Made by a program: the position numbers and the translations under genes. The notes beneath the pieces were generated by a model. The model was not told the DNA's origin. It saw only the letters and a list, made by a program, of their open reading frames with translations, and did not search any database. A DNA stretch of 64,000 bases from a virus. Positions 36,230 through 47,672 of this stretch are shown one piece after another. The stretch lies in IMG/VR virus record IMGVR_UViG_3300034022_001261; one strand, given 5' to 3'. Every line of letters begins with the position of its first letter. Position 1 is the first letter of the stretch.

Positions 36230-37966
36230 ATGTCAATAAATAGATCTCAAGAATTACAAAGTGGAGATAGTTCTGTCTTTAATGACTATAAGGTTACAGA
36301 GGGCTCAAGCAACTCAACAAGTCAAGACGCCTACGAAAGAAGACAAGAGCAAGGCTTTAATGATCTAGAGAATTACAATACCTATTCGTGGACTAAGCCC
36401 TATACAGTTCCCCTTAAGTCTGTAAAGAATAGAATGGGTACAGTTGTTCGAGATATAACAGAGTTATTATCAACATATGAACAAAATTTAAAAAATGTAT
36501 ACTTAAATCCTTATTTAGATCCAGGTCTTGAAGATTCTCACTATCACATATGGGACGAACTGCATACTAATAATAAATCTTTAGTTGAAGAATATATTCC
36601 AGCGATCGCTGAACCAGCTGAAGGGGAAATGACTATTGCCGTTGAAGATACACCTTTATTTGGGGCAGATGGTGACACTGTTATTGATATATCTTTTGGA
36701 CTATATACACCGCCAACAGATCCAATGAACAGTACAGCAAGTTTAGCTTATCCAAAGTATGTCTCCTTTTCTCAGTACCTTTATGCTGAGAAACACGGGT
36801 GCAGGGGCTGTAGGAAATTTGTAAAAGACTATGATAGATTAATTTCTCATTCGGTGTTTGTTCATTTATTTGATTTTAGATATTTTCTAAAACTATTATT
36901 ACACGAAGCAAACAATATTAAAAATTCTTTAACTTATGATTTTGGAGATACCTATGAAGACGAATCACAACAGCAAGCAGCCTCATTCTACTTTTCATGG
37001 GCAGAGATGGCAGCGCACTATACGAAAGTCATTGCCGAGCAACTCTCGCAAGGACAAGATTATCTCGCAAGCTCCGAAGTGGATTATATATCTAAAAAAC
37101 AAGCCGCTCAATTCCAAGCTTTTTTCTCGATTCGAGTAGCTTCGTATACAGAAGCTATAGACAATGTTCTTTTTTCTTTAAAGAAAGAACTAATGGATAA
37201 TAGTGAGATTTTTTATGAAAGATATGTAAGTCCTTCTCTTAAGTTTAAATTAAATGTTTCAGGTCCATTGGAGATAGATATTCAAACAACTACTTTAAAG
37301 ACTGAAGCTCCTGTGTTGGCGCAAGAAATTATTACAGCAGTAAATGCATTAAAGGGAAATTTTGGTTCAATACTTTCTGACATGATCCAAAGAAGGTCTA
37401 ATCTTAGAAGTAAATTTGATAGATTAACTAGCTTAAACTTACAGAGAAAAAAATATATTAGCTACATAGATCAACTATCTGCCAAGGCAAGTACAAGACC
37501 TAGGATTTTAATTGAAATAAAGGAAGACAAGACATCAAGTATATTTGATAGAGTAATCATTGACGAAAACAGAAATCAAACTCTAAAATCAAGCCACGGG
37601 TTACTTGACGACTTAAATGAAGACAGCCATCCCCAATACTTATTAAGATCTGGCGGAAGCATATTTGGCAACATAGAAATAGCAGATGGAATTACTATAG
37701 ATGGGGTGGACATTAGTGCTCACGCCCATACGGGTGAAGATGGGTCAATTAGAATAAAATCAACAGATATAGACTACGATACTCCTAGGGAAGAAGTTGA
37801 CTTATTCTCAACAAGTACAGTTGGAGAAATGCAAGTAACGGTTAGCTCATTCATTCCCGACATAAGGACCGGTGGCGTACCTGTAGTTGACGTAGTTTTA
37901 AATATTCAAATTCCAGATGAAATAGACGGTAGATATGAATACGAAATTGTGTATATAGAGATCTGA
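36230..37966 (+). CDS. Structural protein (tail/baseplate region)
   Basis: 578 aa; C-terminal fibre-like motifs (DDHPQYL-like EDSHPQYLLRSGG, DGVDISAHAHTG). Confidence 0.5.
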   Translation: MSINRSQELQSGDSSVFNDYKVTEGSSNSTSQDAYERRQEQGFNDLENYNTYSWTKPYTVPLKSVKNRMGTVVRDITELLSTYEQNLKNVYLNPYLDPGLEDSHYHIWDELHTNNKSLVEEYIPAIAEPAEGEMTIAVEDTPLFGADGDTVIDISFGLYTPPTDPMNSTASLAYPKYVSFSQYLYAEKHGCRGCRKFVKDYDRLISHSVFVHLFDFRYFLKLLLHEANNIKNSLTYDFGDTYEDESQQQAASFYFSWAEMAAHYTKVIAEQLSQGQDYLASSEVDYISKKQAAQFQAFFSIRVASYTEAIDNVLFSLKKELMDNSEIFYERYVSPSLKFKLNVSGPLEIDIQTTTLKTEAPVLAQEIITAVNALKGNFGSILSDMIQRRSNLRSKFDRLTSLNLQRKKYISYIDQLSAKASTRPRILIEIKEDKTSSIFDRVIIDENRNQTLKSSHGLLDDLNEDSHPQYLLRSGGSIFGNIEIADGITIDGVDISAHAHTGEDGSIRIKSTDIDYDTPREEVDLFSTSTVGEMQVTVSSFIPDIRTGGVPVVDVVLNIQIPDEIDGRYEYEIVYIEI

Positions 37967-37967
37967 T

Positions 37968-38984
37968 ATGAGTTGGTTTAGATATATAAAAGGAACTAAT
38001 ACAGGAGTAGCAATAACTACTTCGGAATTAGATTTAAGAATAACAACAATATCAAATGCTCCCGATACCTTAGAGTATGCGGCTCCTGCTTTAAGAAGAA
38101 GAGTCTTGATAGACGATCTAGAAGAAGATATTGAGGCCGGCGAAGTTGTATATGTTAATTTGGGAACTAAGTTTATAAACCAATATTATGATGACACTTT
38201 AGAGCTTCAAACAAGCCAAGATTCTTATATTGTAGTATATGAAAATAGCGAATCCGATGCTTCAGGAGAAGTTGTTGACAGTAAAGCTATAGATAATATA
38301 ATTTATTTTAAAGCAGCTGAAAAACACAATAAAAACACCAAAAGTTTTATGTCTTATTCTATTTATTATTCTACAAAATATCTTAAATTTTTAGAACAAT
38401 TTATGACAGCAGATGACCAAATTGTATATAAGATGGTTTCCAATCCTGGATCTATTATGTATGTAGAGGGTGCTTATTATGATTTAGACCCCGAGACTTT
38501 CTCATCGTATACTTATTCAGCTACAACTTCTTCAAGTAAAAGCTATCAACTAGCATTGTATAACAATGGAACTGACTGGAAAGATAATTATTCCATAAAT
38601 CCAGGATCTAAAGCTTTTGGGATTTTTGATGGCCCAGGGTTTTCAATTTATGGAGAATCAGGTCCTAGGTCTGGTAAGTTCAAAATAAGAATACTATCTT
38701 TATATGATGATAATTCTATTTCAAAAAATGTTATTTTAGATTGGACAGAAATAGATTGTTACAGTTCTACTTTGTTAGAGTCTGAAATTTTATATCAAAA
38801 TTCTAATTTAGAATATAAAAAATATATATTTGAAATTGAAACTTTAGCTGACAAAAATATAATGTCTCAATCTAACTATGTTAAAATAGACAAATATATG
38901 TTTTCTCCTAATTATAAATTAATTTATGAAAAAGAAGAATTTAATCCAGATTTATCTTTTGTTAAAGTGGGAGGAATACGATAA
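37968..38984 (+). CDS. Structural protein with carbohydrate-binding-like beta domain
   Basis: 338 aa, beta-rich, with FDGPGFSIYGESGPRSGKFKI; in the tail operon. Confidence 0.45.
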   Translation: MSWFRYIKGTNTGVAITTSELDLRITTISNAPDTLEYAAPALRRRVLIDDLEEDIEAGEVVYVNLGTKFINQYYDDTLELQTSQDSYIVVYENSESDASGEVVDSKAIDNIIYFKAAEKHNKNTKSFMSYSIYYSTKYLKFLEQFMTADDQIVYKMVSNPGSIMYVEGAYYDLDPETFSSYTYSATTSSSKSYQLALYNNGTDWKDNYSINPGSKAFGIFDGPGFSIYGESGPRSGKFKIRILSLYDDNSISKNVILDWTEIDCYSSTLLESEILYQNSNLEYKKYIFEIETLADKNIMSQSNYVKIDKYMFSPNYKLIYEKEEFNPDLSFVKVGGIR

Positions 38985-40682
38985 TGGCAAATGTTAAAAG
39001 AACCGTACAAGACCTAAAACCACGGAAAAGAATACCTAGTATCAGTAAGAGCTAAAGATCCAGAATTAAATATAGTTTCTGACTACGTAGATACTATCAG
39101 ATTCCAGATACCAAAAGACAGCACTATCCCAGATGCGCCAACCAATCTAAAGCTTTACGCGTCTTATGAAACGGTAATGTTTGTTTTTGATAACGGAATA
39201 GATTCCGATCTTTCTAATTATATATATGAAGTTTATCTACAAAGTCAAGTTACGGGAACATCTAGCAATTATGTTATTACAGGAGATCCAGTAGTAACTG
39301 GATACGCAACAGCTAATGTTTTCACCGTTGCTGTAGCTAACTCTTCTACAGATCCAACTACTGGGGCGTTAGTGCCTAAAAGATATTATGGAAGATTAAA
39401 AGCTGCTGATACTTCAGCTAATTACAGCGAATGGACAAACCTAGCACTAAGTGAACAAGATACTCCATTGATTGAAAGCCAGTTTATAAATAGTTTAACT
39501 GCTAGCAAGATTACTGCTGGTACAATTGGTGCGCATCAAATAATACTATCTCAAGCTGGTCCGGTAACAGATTATACAGATATTGCTAGTCAAGCAATTA
39601 TTAGATCATCAGACTATTCTAATGACCCATACTCTGGTTGGATCATCAAAGGTAACGGGGATGCAGAATTTGGCAATCTAAAAATTACGGGATCAGGCAC
39701 AAATAAAATCTTATTAGAGTCATCTGATCAGGGAAATGATTCTATAAGTATTGTAATAGGAGAATTGGCACCAAGTTGGAGTACTGATCATACGTCTTTT
39801 TATGCAGACGCAGAAGGACAATTTAGTTTAGGTCGAAAATTGACATTTAGAGAAGAAGATGGCTTATCTATTACTGGAGAAATTCAAGCAGATAGAGGTT
39901 GGATTGGAGGCAATAACGGTTGGTTGTTTGGAGATGATGGAATTTTAATCTCAGGCGTAGGGGAAAGTACTATTGGGCTAGCATCAGGGAACACTAGTTA
40001 CACTGGAGTATTCGTACAAAATGACATTGTATCAATTTTGATTGATGATGAAGCAGACGTTTATAACCAAACATCGCCTCCTTATTTTTCTACGTTATAT
40101 ATCAAATTGGATAAAAGCCAACTCCCTGCAGCAATAGAAGCTAACACAAGCTTATTGGAAAATACTTTAGTAACTTTAAGTGGATTTACTTCAACGTTAA
40201 CTATATTAAATAATAAAAGATTTGCTATTCAATCTGTTTATGAACAAGACTATACCCTTACATCTGATGATGCTACAGCAGGGGCTAATTTGCCAGGGAA
40301 CAGAGTCATAATAGCTATTTATGGAGAAGACCAAGATCTTGATGAAATACATGAAAATAATTTACAAAATTTATACGACTTTTCCTCTGCAGCAACAAAG
40401 CCAATAATTACATTTTTTGATAATGCATCAGCTGGTGGAGGAACATCATATAGAATATGGTCTGGAGCTGAAGATCCAGCAGAGGCAAACTTTTCATTAG
40501 ACTCAGATGGCAATCTAAAAGTGAATACAATATCAGTTGGTTCAGCAGGTTCTAGTGGTGGTATTATTTCAGTAGGCGGGGCGTATAACGGAGCTCCAAG
40601 TCCAAGAGCAATATGGCTATCAAATGGAACTGAACCTCCAGCAGGAACAGGTGCAGTTGGCGATATTTGGATAGCATATTAG
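38984..40682 (+). CDS. FN3-containing minor tail protein; split by a +1 frameshift at 39023
   Basis: ATG 38984 (GGAGG RBS) gives MANVKRTVQDLKP. The +1 frame continues GKEYLVSVRAKD...PDAPTNL into ORF 39177-40682, restoring the FN3 signature LKPGxEY. Confidence 0.75.
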
Positions 40683-40691
40683 GATAGTAAA

Positions 40692-42380
40692 ATGACTAAA
40701 GGTCTTTGGGTTAAAACGGGAGCATCTACATGGTCTCAAGTTTCTGAAAATAATTCTTCTAATTTTGCCCTTAATATAGAAGAAGATATTTGGCCAAAAG
40801 CTGAAATTGTTTATGTTAAAACTGGAGCAACAACGTGGACACAGGCATGGAATAGAATACCTCCAACGCCGGCAATTACTAATAGCGTAGAAGATGAAAG
40901 ACAAATAACAATCACTTGGGAATCAGGAGATTTTGATGAGGTTCCTTTTGATTTTGTAAAATGGCAATTTACCAAGAATAATGGCTCAACCTGGATTGAA
41001 GATGATACAAATAAATTTTTAAGACAAAAAACTATAACAGGATTAAACGAAGGAACATCCTATTACATTGGTGTTAGAATGGTTGACACAGCTGGAAAAA
41101 CCGCTCAGGCAATACAATTATTGACAACAGATAATGTTCCCCCAGAAGCTCCGTATAACTTAACTGTAGATTCAAGAACTCAAACATCATTATCAGTAAG
41201 TTGGGATTTTGATGTTATTCCAGGAGACTTTTTAAGGTGGAGATTTTCTAGCAATGGCGGATCTACCTGGGTCAACTCAACTAATTCTTCATTGAGATCT
41301 TATACTTTTACTGGGCTAACTGCTGGAGATTTTTACAATCTAGTAGTTAGGATTGAAGATACCGGAGGAAACACAGCAGACGACACCACCTCATCTTATA
41401 CATTACCTCCAACTCCAGCAGCTCCAACTCTTACTAAGGGAAATGATGGTTGGACCAGTACAGACTATGCAGTATTGCAATCCGATATAGATGCAGGCAC
41501 CGATACCTTGGCCAGTGTAACTAGGAGTATATCTTGCTCTTTGTCCTACAATGGTAAAGCCAATAATCAGTATTGCTACTTTGAGCTTTTAGATTCTGCG
41601 GATGGTTCCTTGGAGACTAGCGATAATTTTGATTTAGTGACATCGGCAACAACTCTAACATATGAATTTACGGCATTAAGCTATAATACTACATATAAAG
41701 TTAGATTAGTATCAGTAGACAATGAAGGCGAAGAAATATCTGGGACAACAGCTTCGGTAACAACAGATAACTATAATTCAGTTGCAATTACGGACGTAAG
41801 ACAAGCATACGTAGATAATTGGCTAGAGTTCGGTTATGCCGATACGATAACATCAAGTGGTAATTTTAGCAGTATATACGTAGCAGAAAATGTTGGCGAC
41901 AATAACGCATCTACAGCCTGGGTCTCTACCGGGTTTTCGTCTGCAGGAAGCTCTGGCTCTAGTGTTTTACCTTACATTGAAGGACAGGGTACAGGTGGCC
42001 AAAGCGGTGAATCCTCTACTACACATTATACGGAAATAGGGCAAATAAGAATTAGATCTGGGTATGCACAAAGTTATTCTTTGCATATTGGCATAGCTAA
42101 TGCTAGTGGAGTAGTAACATGGCAAGGAACAGGGACTATACAAGGGTATAAATATGTGGCCACTTCAACCTATAATGACACAGGAAATTACGATACATTT
42201 AATTTTACAAACGTAAAACAACATTCAGGTAGAACTTATTACGTAAGGCTTTATATTTGGGGGATGGATAGGTGGCCGAATGCTACTACAAGTAGTTATA
42301 GGGCAATTATTCGAGACATACAGATACTGGAAAGAGAATGGGCTCCAGAAAATTATCAATCGGATACTGCATATTATTAA
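40692..42380 (+). CDS. Minor tail / receptor-binding protein with FN3 repeats
   Basis: GLNEGTSYYIGVR, GLTAGDFYNLVVR, ALSYNTTYKVR repeats. Confidence 0.7.
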   Translation: MTKGLWVKTGASTWSQVSENNSSNFALNIEEDIWPKAEIVYVKTGATTWTQAWNRIPPTPAITNSVEDERQITITWESGDFDEVPFDFVKWQFTKNNGSTWIEDDTNKFLRQKTITGLNEGTSYYIGVRMVDTAGKTAQAIQLLTTDNVPPEAPYNLTVDSRTQTSLSVSWDFDVIPGDFLRWRFSSNGGSTWVNSTNSSLRSYTFTGLTAGDFYNLVVRIEDTGGNTADDTTSSYTLPPTPAAPTLTKGNDGWTSTDYAVLQSDIDAGTDTLASVTRSISCSLSYNGKANNQYCYFELLDSADGSLETSDNFDLVTSATTLTYEFTALSYNTTYKVRLVSVDNEGEEISGTTASVTTDNYNSVAITDVRQAYVDNWLEFGYADTITSSGNFSSIYVAENVGDNNASTAWVSTGFSSAGSSGSSVLPYIEGQGTGGQSGESSTTHYTEIGQIRIRSGYAQSYSLHIGIANASGVVTWQGTGTIQGYKYVATSTYNDTGNYDTFNFTNVKQHSGRTYYVRLYIWGMDRWPNATTSSYRAIIRDIQILEREWAPENYQSDTAYY

Positions 42381-42442
42381 TATAATCAAATTATCTAGCT
42401 AAATCTTGATTAACTACAATTTACTCTGATATAATACTTGTT

Positions 42443-42628
42443 ATGAATGAACAAAATTTAGATATCAATATCATCATGCAAGCTTTTCAAGAAAAAGTAG
42501 GCCAGTTAATAACAGAATTAGTGATTAAAGAAGCTACAATAAAGCAACTAACCATACAGTTAAATCTAGCCCAATCATCGTCAGATGCATTCGAAATACC
42601 AACCAATCCAAAGGAAAAAGTAAAATAA
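42443..42628 (+). CDS. Small coiled-coil protein
   Basis: 61 aa, heptad pattern. Confidence 0.55.
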   Translation: MNEQNLDINIIMQAFQEKVGQLITELVIKEATIKQLTIQLNLAQSSSDAFEIPTNPKEKVK

Positions 42629-42867
42629 TGTCAAAACAAATAAAAGCTACAACAGAACAAGCTCCAGTAGAACAAGCTCCAGTAGAAGAAACTGTAGAAA
42701 CGCCAGTACAGCCTAAAAAAGATTTTGCTATCTCTATTACAATTAGCGATCAAAACCTTGGTTATAAAAGTGATTTCAACGAGGCTGAAACAGTTTTTTG
42801 GCTGGAGTCAGTTAAGGCTCTTATTGTTAAAAGAGCTTTTGAGGCTACAGAATTACAAGCTCAATAG
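42628..42867 (+). CDS. Hypothetical protein
   Basis: 79 aa with a duplicated EQAPV. Confidence 0.55.
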   Translation: MSKQIKATTEQAPVEQAPVEETVETPVQPKKDFAISITISDQNLGYKSDFNEAETVFWLESVKALIVKRAFEATELQAQ

Positions 42868-42931
42868 TTAACTTCTCCTTTGTAGTTTTAAATACTACTA
42901 TTAACTTATATATTTAAACAGGAGAATATAA

Positions 42932-44581
42932 ATGGCTTTAAAAGATTATCTTCCATTTGTCCAGAATAGTTCTGCCGATTTTCTAGCAAAGTCCATAGAA
43001 CCAGATCAGGTCAAGTCTTTGTCCAAGACGCTTAAACCAGCAGCTTTGGCTTTGGGCTTTCGTGGCACAACTTATTATTATAACGTTAGGGCTACCTTTG
43101 AACCATCGCCCTATAACTTTGAAAGAATACTACAAGCTCTAGATACAGACTCCTACGCCAAGCAAGGCATGCTTAAATATAAAGAGCTGTTCTGGAAAGA
43201 AGGCTGGAAGATTACTGGAGAAAATCCAGAGGCTGTTGCCTATATCAATCAAAGAATTGACTTCATGGAAATAGCCATGAAGAGACCATTTAGTGATTTT
43301 CTTCTTGAGGTAACAGATCATCTAATTAAATTCTCCAATGTTTTTATAGTTAAGGCAAGAGCTGACATGTCTCAGTACTTCCCAACTCCTTTAACTCCAA
43401 TAAATGGCACTCAACCAATTGTTGGTTATTATATTATCCCAACTGAGCAGGTTAGAATCTTACGAGACAAGCACAATAAGCCTAAGGCCTATAGACAGCA
43501 GACTAACCCCTGGACCTACATGCCGACAGACAAAGACCCTGTATGGGACGCTGAGAAGGTAATCCACTTACATTTCGACAAGAAGACCGGACGTGCGTTT
43601 GGCACTCCATTTATTAGTGCAGCCCTAGATGACATTATCGCTTTAAGACAGCTTGAAGAAGATATTCAAAACTTAGTTCATAGAGAATTATTCCCTCTTT
43701 ATAAATACAAGATTGGAACAGCCGATCAACCAGCTGAGCCAGAGGAAATAGAGAGAGCATCTTCTGAGATTGAAAGTATGCGAGCTGAAGGTGGATTGAT
43801 CCTTCCTTACAGACATGACGTAGAAGTTATAGGCGCAAATAACGCTTCACTCAATGCTGAGGGTTACCTCAACCACTTCAAGGAAAGAGTAGCTATTGGA
43901 CTTGGAGTGGCACCTCATCACCTAGGCATGTCTATGAACGGTGGCAATAGAGCCATGACCGACAGATTAGATACTGCGCTATATGACAAGGTTAAGCAAT
44001 ATCAAAAGCAAATGTCCGAGATGATTAGATTACATTTCTTCAATGAATTATTGTTTGAGGGCGGATTTGATCCAATCGTGAACCCAATGGAAACAGGTCT
44101 TTCTGATAGATGTTACTTTAAATTTAATGAGATTGACGTTGATACTCAAGTTAAAAAAGAAACTCACATAATACAAAAGTATACTAACTCAACAATCACT
44201 TTACCAGAAGCTAGAATACAACTTGGCATGGATCCAGAGTATGATAGAGACGAATTGTTTACAGGTATTCAAGCTGATATCCAAATGGAGATAGCAAAGA
44301 ATCAAGCAGAAGTAGTAGCAGACAACGCTCCTCCAGTAACAGCAGGGGCTCAGAATTCAGATAAACAAAAACCTGCTCCTAAGGGCCAGAAGAATCTGCC
44401 ATCAAAGAGAAAAGGTGCTGGCAATGTAATTCGCCCAGCAAATCAGCAGGGCAGAAGAACTTCTCCTAATATAAGAAGATCTGATCTTTCTTGGCTCCCA
44501 ATGATTGAAAATGCACTCAAAGACGAGTATAATGTATATGAGCAAGACGAAACAGTCGAACGAAACGAACAGGTAGATTAA
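42932..44581 (+). CDS. Portal protein
   Basis: 549 aa upstream of the protease and MCP; portal-like motifs VIHLHFDKKTGRAFGTPFI, IAIGLGVAPHHLG-like segment and a helical core. Confidence 0.8.
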   Translation: MALKDYLPFVQNSSADFLAKSIEPDQVKSLSKTLKPAALALGFRGTTYYYNVRATFEPSPYNFERILQALDTDSYAKQGMLKYKELFWKEGWKITGENPEAVAYINQRIDFMEIAMKRPFSDFLLEVTDHLIKFSNVFIVKARADMSQYFPTPLTPINGTQPIVGYYIIPTEQVRILRDKHNKPKAYRQQTNPWTYMPTDKDPVWDAEKVIHLHFDKKTGRAFGTPFISAALDDIIALRQLEEDIQNLVHRELFPLYKYKIGTADQPAEPEEIERASSEIESMRAEGGLILPYRHDVEVIGANNASLNAEGYLNHFKERVAIGLGVAPHHLGMSMNGGNRAMTDRLDTALYDKVKQYQKQMSEMIRLHFFNELLFEGGFDPIVNPMETGLSDRCYFKFNEIDVDTQVKKETHIIQKYTNSTITLPEARIQLGMDPEYDRDELFTGIQADIQMEIAKNQAEVVADNAPPVTAGAQNSDKQKPAPKGQKNLPSKRKGAGNVIRPANQQGRRTSPNIRRSDLSWLPMIENALKDEYNVYEQDETVERNEQVD

Positions 44582-44928
44582 TGTATATTGAATCAGAAAT
44601 AGGCAAGCAAATGAGATACGGCGATAATGCAATTGATGCATTCTTGACGGCAGTAGATAATGGTCAAGCTAGATTGGGCCTGCAAATTCTAGTTGATATT
44701 GTTGTTGCTTTTGCAGACAAAATTGATGAACTTGAAGCGGCCAATAAAAAAGAAGATGTTGTTGCCGTCGAAGAAATTATCACACCTGCAGATGTACCCG
44801 CGCCTGCAGCTGTGCCCGCAGTAGAAGCAGAAGCACCTAAGGTTGAAGAATCAAAGCCTCTTACGAAAGAACAAGAAGTTCAATCTAGAAACAAAGTTGC
44901 TCCCAAAGAAGCCACTACCGAAAAGTAA
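44581..44928 (+). CDS. Hypothetical protein with Pro/Ala/Glu-rich tail
   Basis: 115-aa ORF coupled to the portal gene. Confidence 0.55.
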   Translation: MYIESEIGKQMRYGDNAIDAFLTAVDNGQARLGLQILVDIVVAFADKIDELEAANKKEDVVAVEEIITPADVPAPAAVPAVEAEAPKVEESKPLTKEQEVQSRNKVAPKEATTEK

Positions 44929-44929
44929 A

Positions 44930-45709
44930 ATGAAGCTCATTATAGGTTGCCCTATATATGATAGGGAATGGATATTCCCAGCTTGGGCATCTTGCATAGA
45001 AAATCAATCTTTTCCATTAAGTGAAATAGGTTTTGTTTTTGTTGGGAGTAAAGACGATACTGGGACTATAGCTATGATTGAAAGATGGAAATCAGTTCAT
45101 CCAGAAATCCCTTTTGTTGATTTTATATCGGCAGATACTTTAAACCATTCTTCACACGAAGAAGGAATGCGTCAATGGACTATCTCTAAATATGAGAATA
45201 TGACTAATTTAAGAAATATTCTTTTAAATAAAGTTAGAGAATATGAGCCTGATTATTTCTTTAGCCTAGACTCAGATATCCTATTAACTAATCCAAGCAC
45301 TATTGAATTATTGATAGCCCATATAAAAGATGGAGCTGATGCTGTAAGCCCACTTATGTTTATGACTCCTGTAGGAATGAGATTTCCTAGTGTTATGAAG
45401 TGGATTGGCGAAGTAGGCAAAAAGGCAATGAGAATCGATAACTTTCCTCTAGGGACTTACTTCCAATCAGACATTATAATGGCAGCAAAAATGATGTCAA
45501 AAAATGTATATCAAAATATAAACTATCAAATACATGAGCAGGGAGAAGATCTTGGCTGGTCTGGGAACTGTGGAAAAATGGGATATAAACTGTTTAGTGC
45601 ATCTTACATGTATGCTCCCCATATAATGAGTAAAGCCATGTTTAATGATTTTGTTAAAAATGGCGATTTAAGACATAAAGATGTGTTGCAATCTTTATCT
45701 AAAGTATGA
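44930..45709 (+). CDS. GT-A fold (GT2-like) glycosyltransferase
   Basis: LIIGCPIY N-terminus, FFSLDSD (DxD), QGEDLGW motif. Confidence 0.75.
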   Translation: MKLIIGCPIYDREWIFPAWASCIENQSFPLSEIGFVFVGSKDDTGTIAMIERWKSVHPEIPFVDFISADTLNHSSHEEGMRQWTISKYENMTNLRNILLNKVREYEPDYFFSLDSDILLTNPSTIELLIAHIKDGADAVSPLMFMTPVGMRFPSVMKWIGEVGKKAMRIDNFPLGTYFQSDIIMAAKMMSKNVYQNINYQIHEQGEDLGWSGNCGKMGYKLFSASYMYAPHIMSKAMFNDFVKNGDLRHKDVLQSLSKV

Positions 45710-45794
45710 TATTCTTATATAAGAATGTTTAGTTTATAATAACTTAACTTACTATAATGTTTAGTTTAAACTGCTCTTTAGGGAGAACAAATAA

Positions 45795-47649
45795 ATGACT
45801 TTTGAATTCACGGAGAACTTTACCGTTCAACTTCCAGATATCAGCGAGAGCAACTATAATTTCTCGGAATCATTTAATGCTAATTATGGTTTAATTATTG
45901 AAGTTGCTGCAATCCATGAACGGATTGACTTCTAATTACAATAACTATTCCGCTGCAGAACTTGAAAAAGCCTTGCAGTCTTGGGTTGAGCCATACCCTA
46001 AGCCAATAATCATGAATCATGATCTTAACACAGAGCCTATTGGTCGTGTTATGGCAGCAAAGATGGATAAAGAAGGTGACGGAAGTCCTTTCGTGAGATT
46101 GCAAGTTGCAATTACAGATCCAGTTGCTGCGCAAAAGATCCTCGACAAGAGATATCTTACTGGTTCAGTTGGCGGTAGAGCAGGAAAAGCAGTTTGTTCC
46201 ATTTCTGGAGAAGATCTCGCAACCGAGAACGCATCAGGAAGACCAGCTGCTCCTAAATATCGTAGAGGTCAAGTCTACAAGGGTAAGCTTGCATTCATAG
46301 ATATGCAAGACATTTCCTTTAAGGAATATTCTTTCGTAAACCAACCCGCTGACGGTAAGTCCGGGGTTAGATCCACTACTGTAGTGGACGATGAAAACAA
46401 AAAACCAACCTCAGAAGGCTGGGTAGCTAAGAGTTCTGCTTTCGTTCTACACATGAACGAAGAAGATATTTACTCTTTTGATGAGCATGAATCTTTATTG
46501 AAAAATATGAAAAAGAAAGAATCAAAGCCTCTTTATCTGCACCTCAAAGGCGCTTTCCTTACTGCCATGGCAATACAGGAGAGCGAAAGTGCACATAGTG
46601 AAGCTAATTCATTACTATCTAGCGGAGAAGTTGAAAAAGATATTAATCCACAGGAGAAATCAAATATGGACGCAAATGTTGTAAGCGAGGACATACTCGC
46701 TGCTGTTGAAGATCTAAGTCAAGATCTTTCAGCTATAGCTTCTGGAACAGTAGAAGAATCAGAAGAGACCCCTGCAGAAGAGGCTCCTGAGACAGAAGCA
46801 CCAGAAGTAGAAGAGGCTCCCAAAGAAGAGACCGCTAATGAAGAAGTCCCAGAAGCTGCAGAAGAATCAGTTAAGGGTGAAGAAGCAAGTGATAAAGCTG
46901 TAGTTGAAAACGAAGCATTATTAGAAGCTATTCAAAAGATTCTAGAAGATGCTGCTACAGTTGATGCTAGCACTGCTGCTGCTCTTTTGGTAGCAAATGA
47001 ATTAAATCAAAAAGAAACTGCCGATATCTTGACCGAACAAGATGGCCAGCATAAAAAGTGGCTATGGCAGTTAAAGTCTTTCCTCAAGATGGAAGCTGGA
47101 GAACCAGCTGATGAATCATGGAGAATAGCAAAGTCTGAAGAAGTTTCAGAATCAGCAGAAGAACTCGTTGTAGTTGATTCAGCTAATCCTGAAGTTTCAA
47201 AAGAAGATCAAGAAATAGAAGTAGCAAAAGCAGAGCTCACTGGCAACGAAAGCGCCTCTGAGGAAAATGTTAATGCTAGCAAGCTTCAATCTCTTGAAGA
47301 AGAAAACCAGAAGCTCAAAAATGCATTACATAGAACTCTTGTTGAAAGAGTTGTAGACGCAAAGATTGCAGCTGGAGTTGAATCACAAGAAATTAGAGAG
47401 TCTCTTATTCAGGAACATGTTAGCCGTTCGGCTTCATCTCTTGCCGACTCTCTGAGAGATCTGGCAAAAATGCCAGCTACCAAGAAAATAGCTGGAATGA
47501 TGTTAGAGATGAATTCAGAAATCGAAGTTATTGAGGGTGAAGAAAACGTCATCACCATTAACGGAGAAGAAGAAGTAGTCGAAGAAAAAGTGACAAATAC
47601 TCCAGAGCAGTTATTTGTAGATGCCTTAATGGGCCGCCGTAAACTTTAA
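45795..47649 (+). CDS. Prohead protease / scaffold fusion; split by a +1 frameshift at 45921
   Basis: ATG 45795 (GGAG RBS) reads ...IIEVAAIHE; the +1 frame continues GLTSNYNNY...PIIMNHD...PIGRV...TGSVGG...EYSFVNQPAD (protease), then an acidic coiled-coil scaffold. Confidence 0.8.
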
Positions 47650-47672
47650 TCATAATCTAAGGAGAAATTTAA

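Noticed and set aside
44858-44866. Exact match to array spacer CTCTTACGA (also TGGTTGTAG near 8313)
   Set aside because: Single 9-mers are expected by chance in 64 kb, and the partner spacer is not adjacent.
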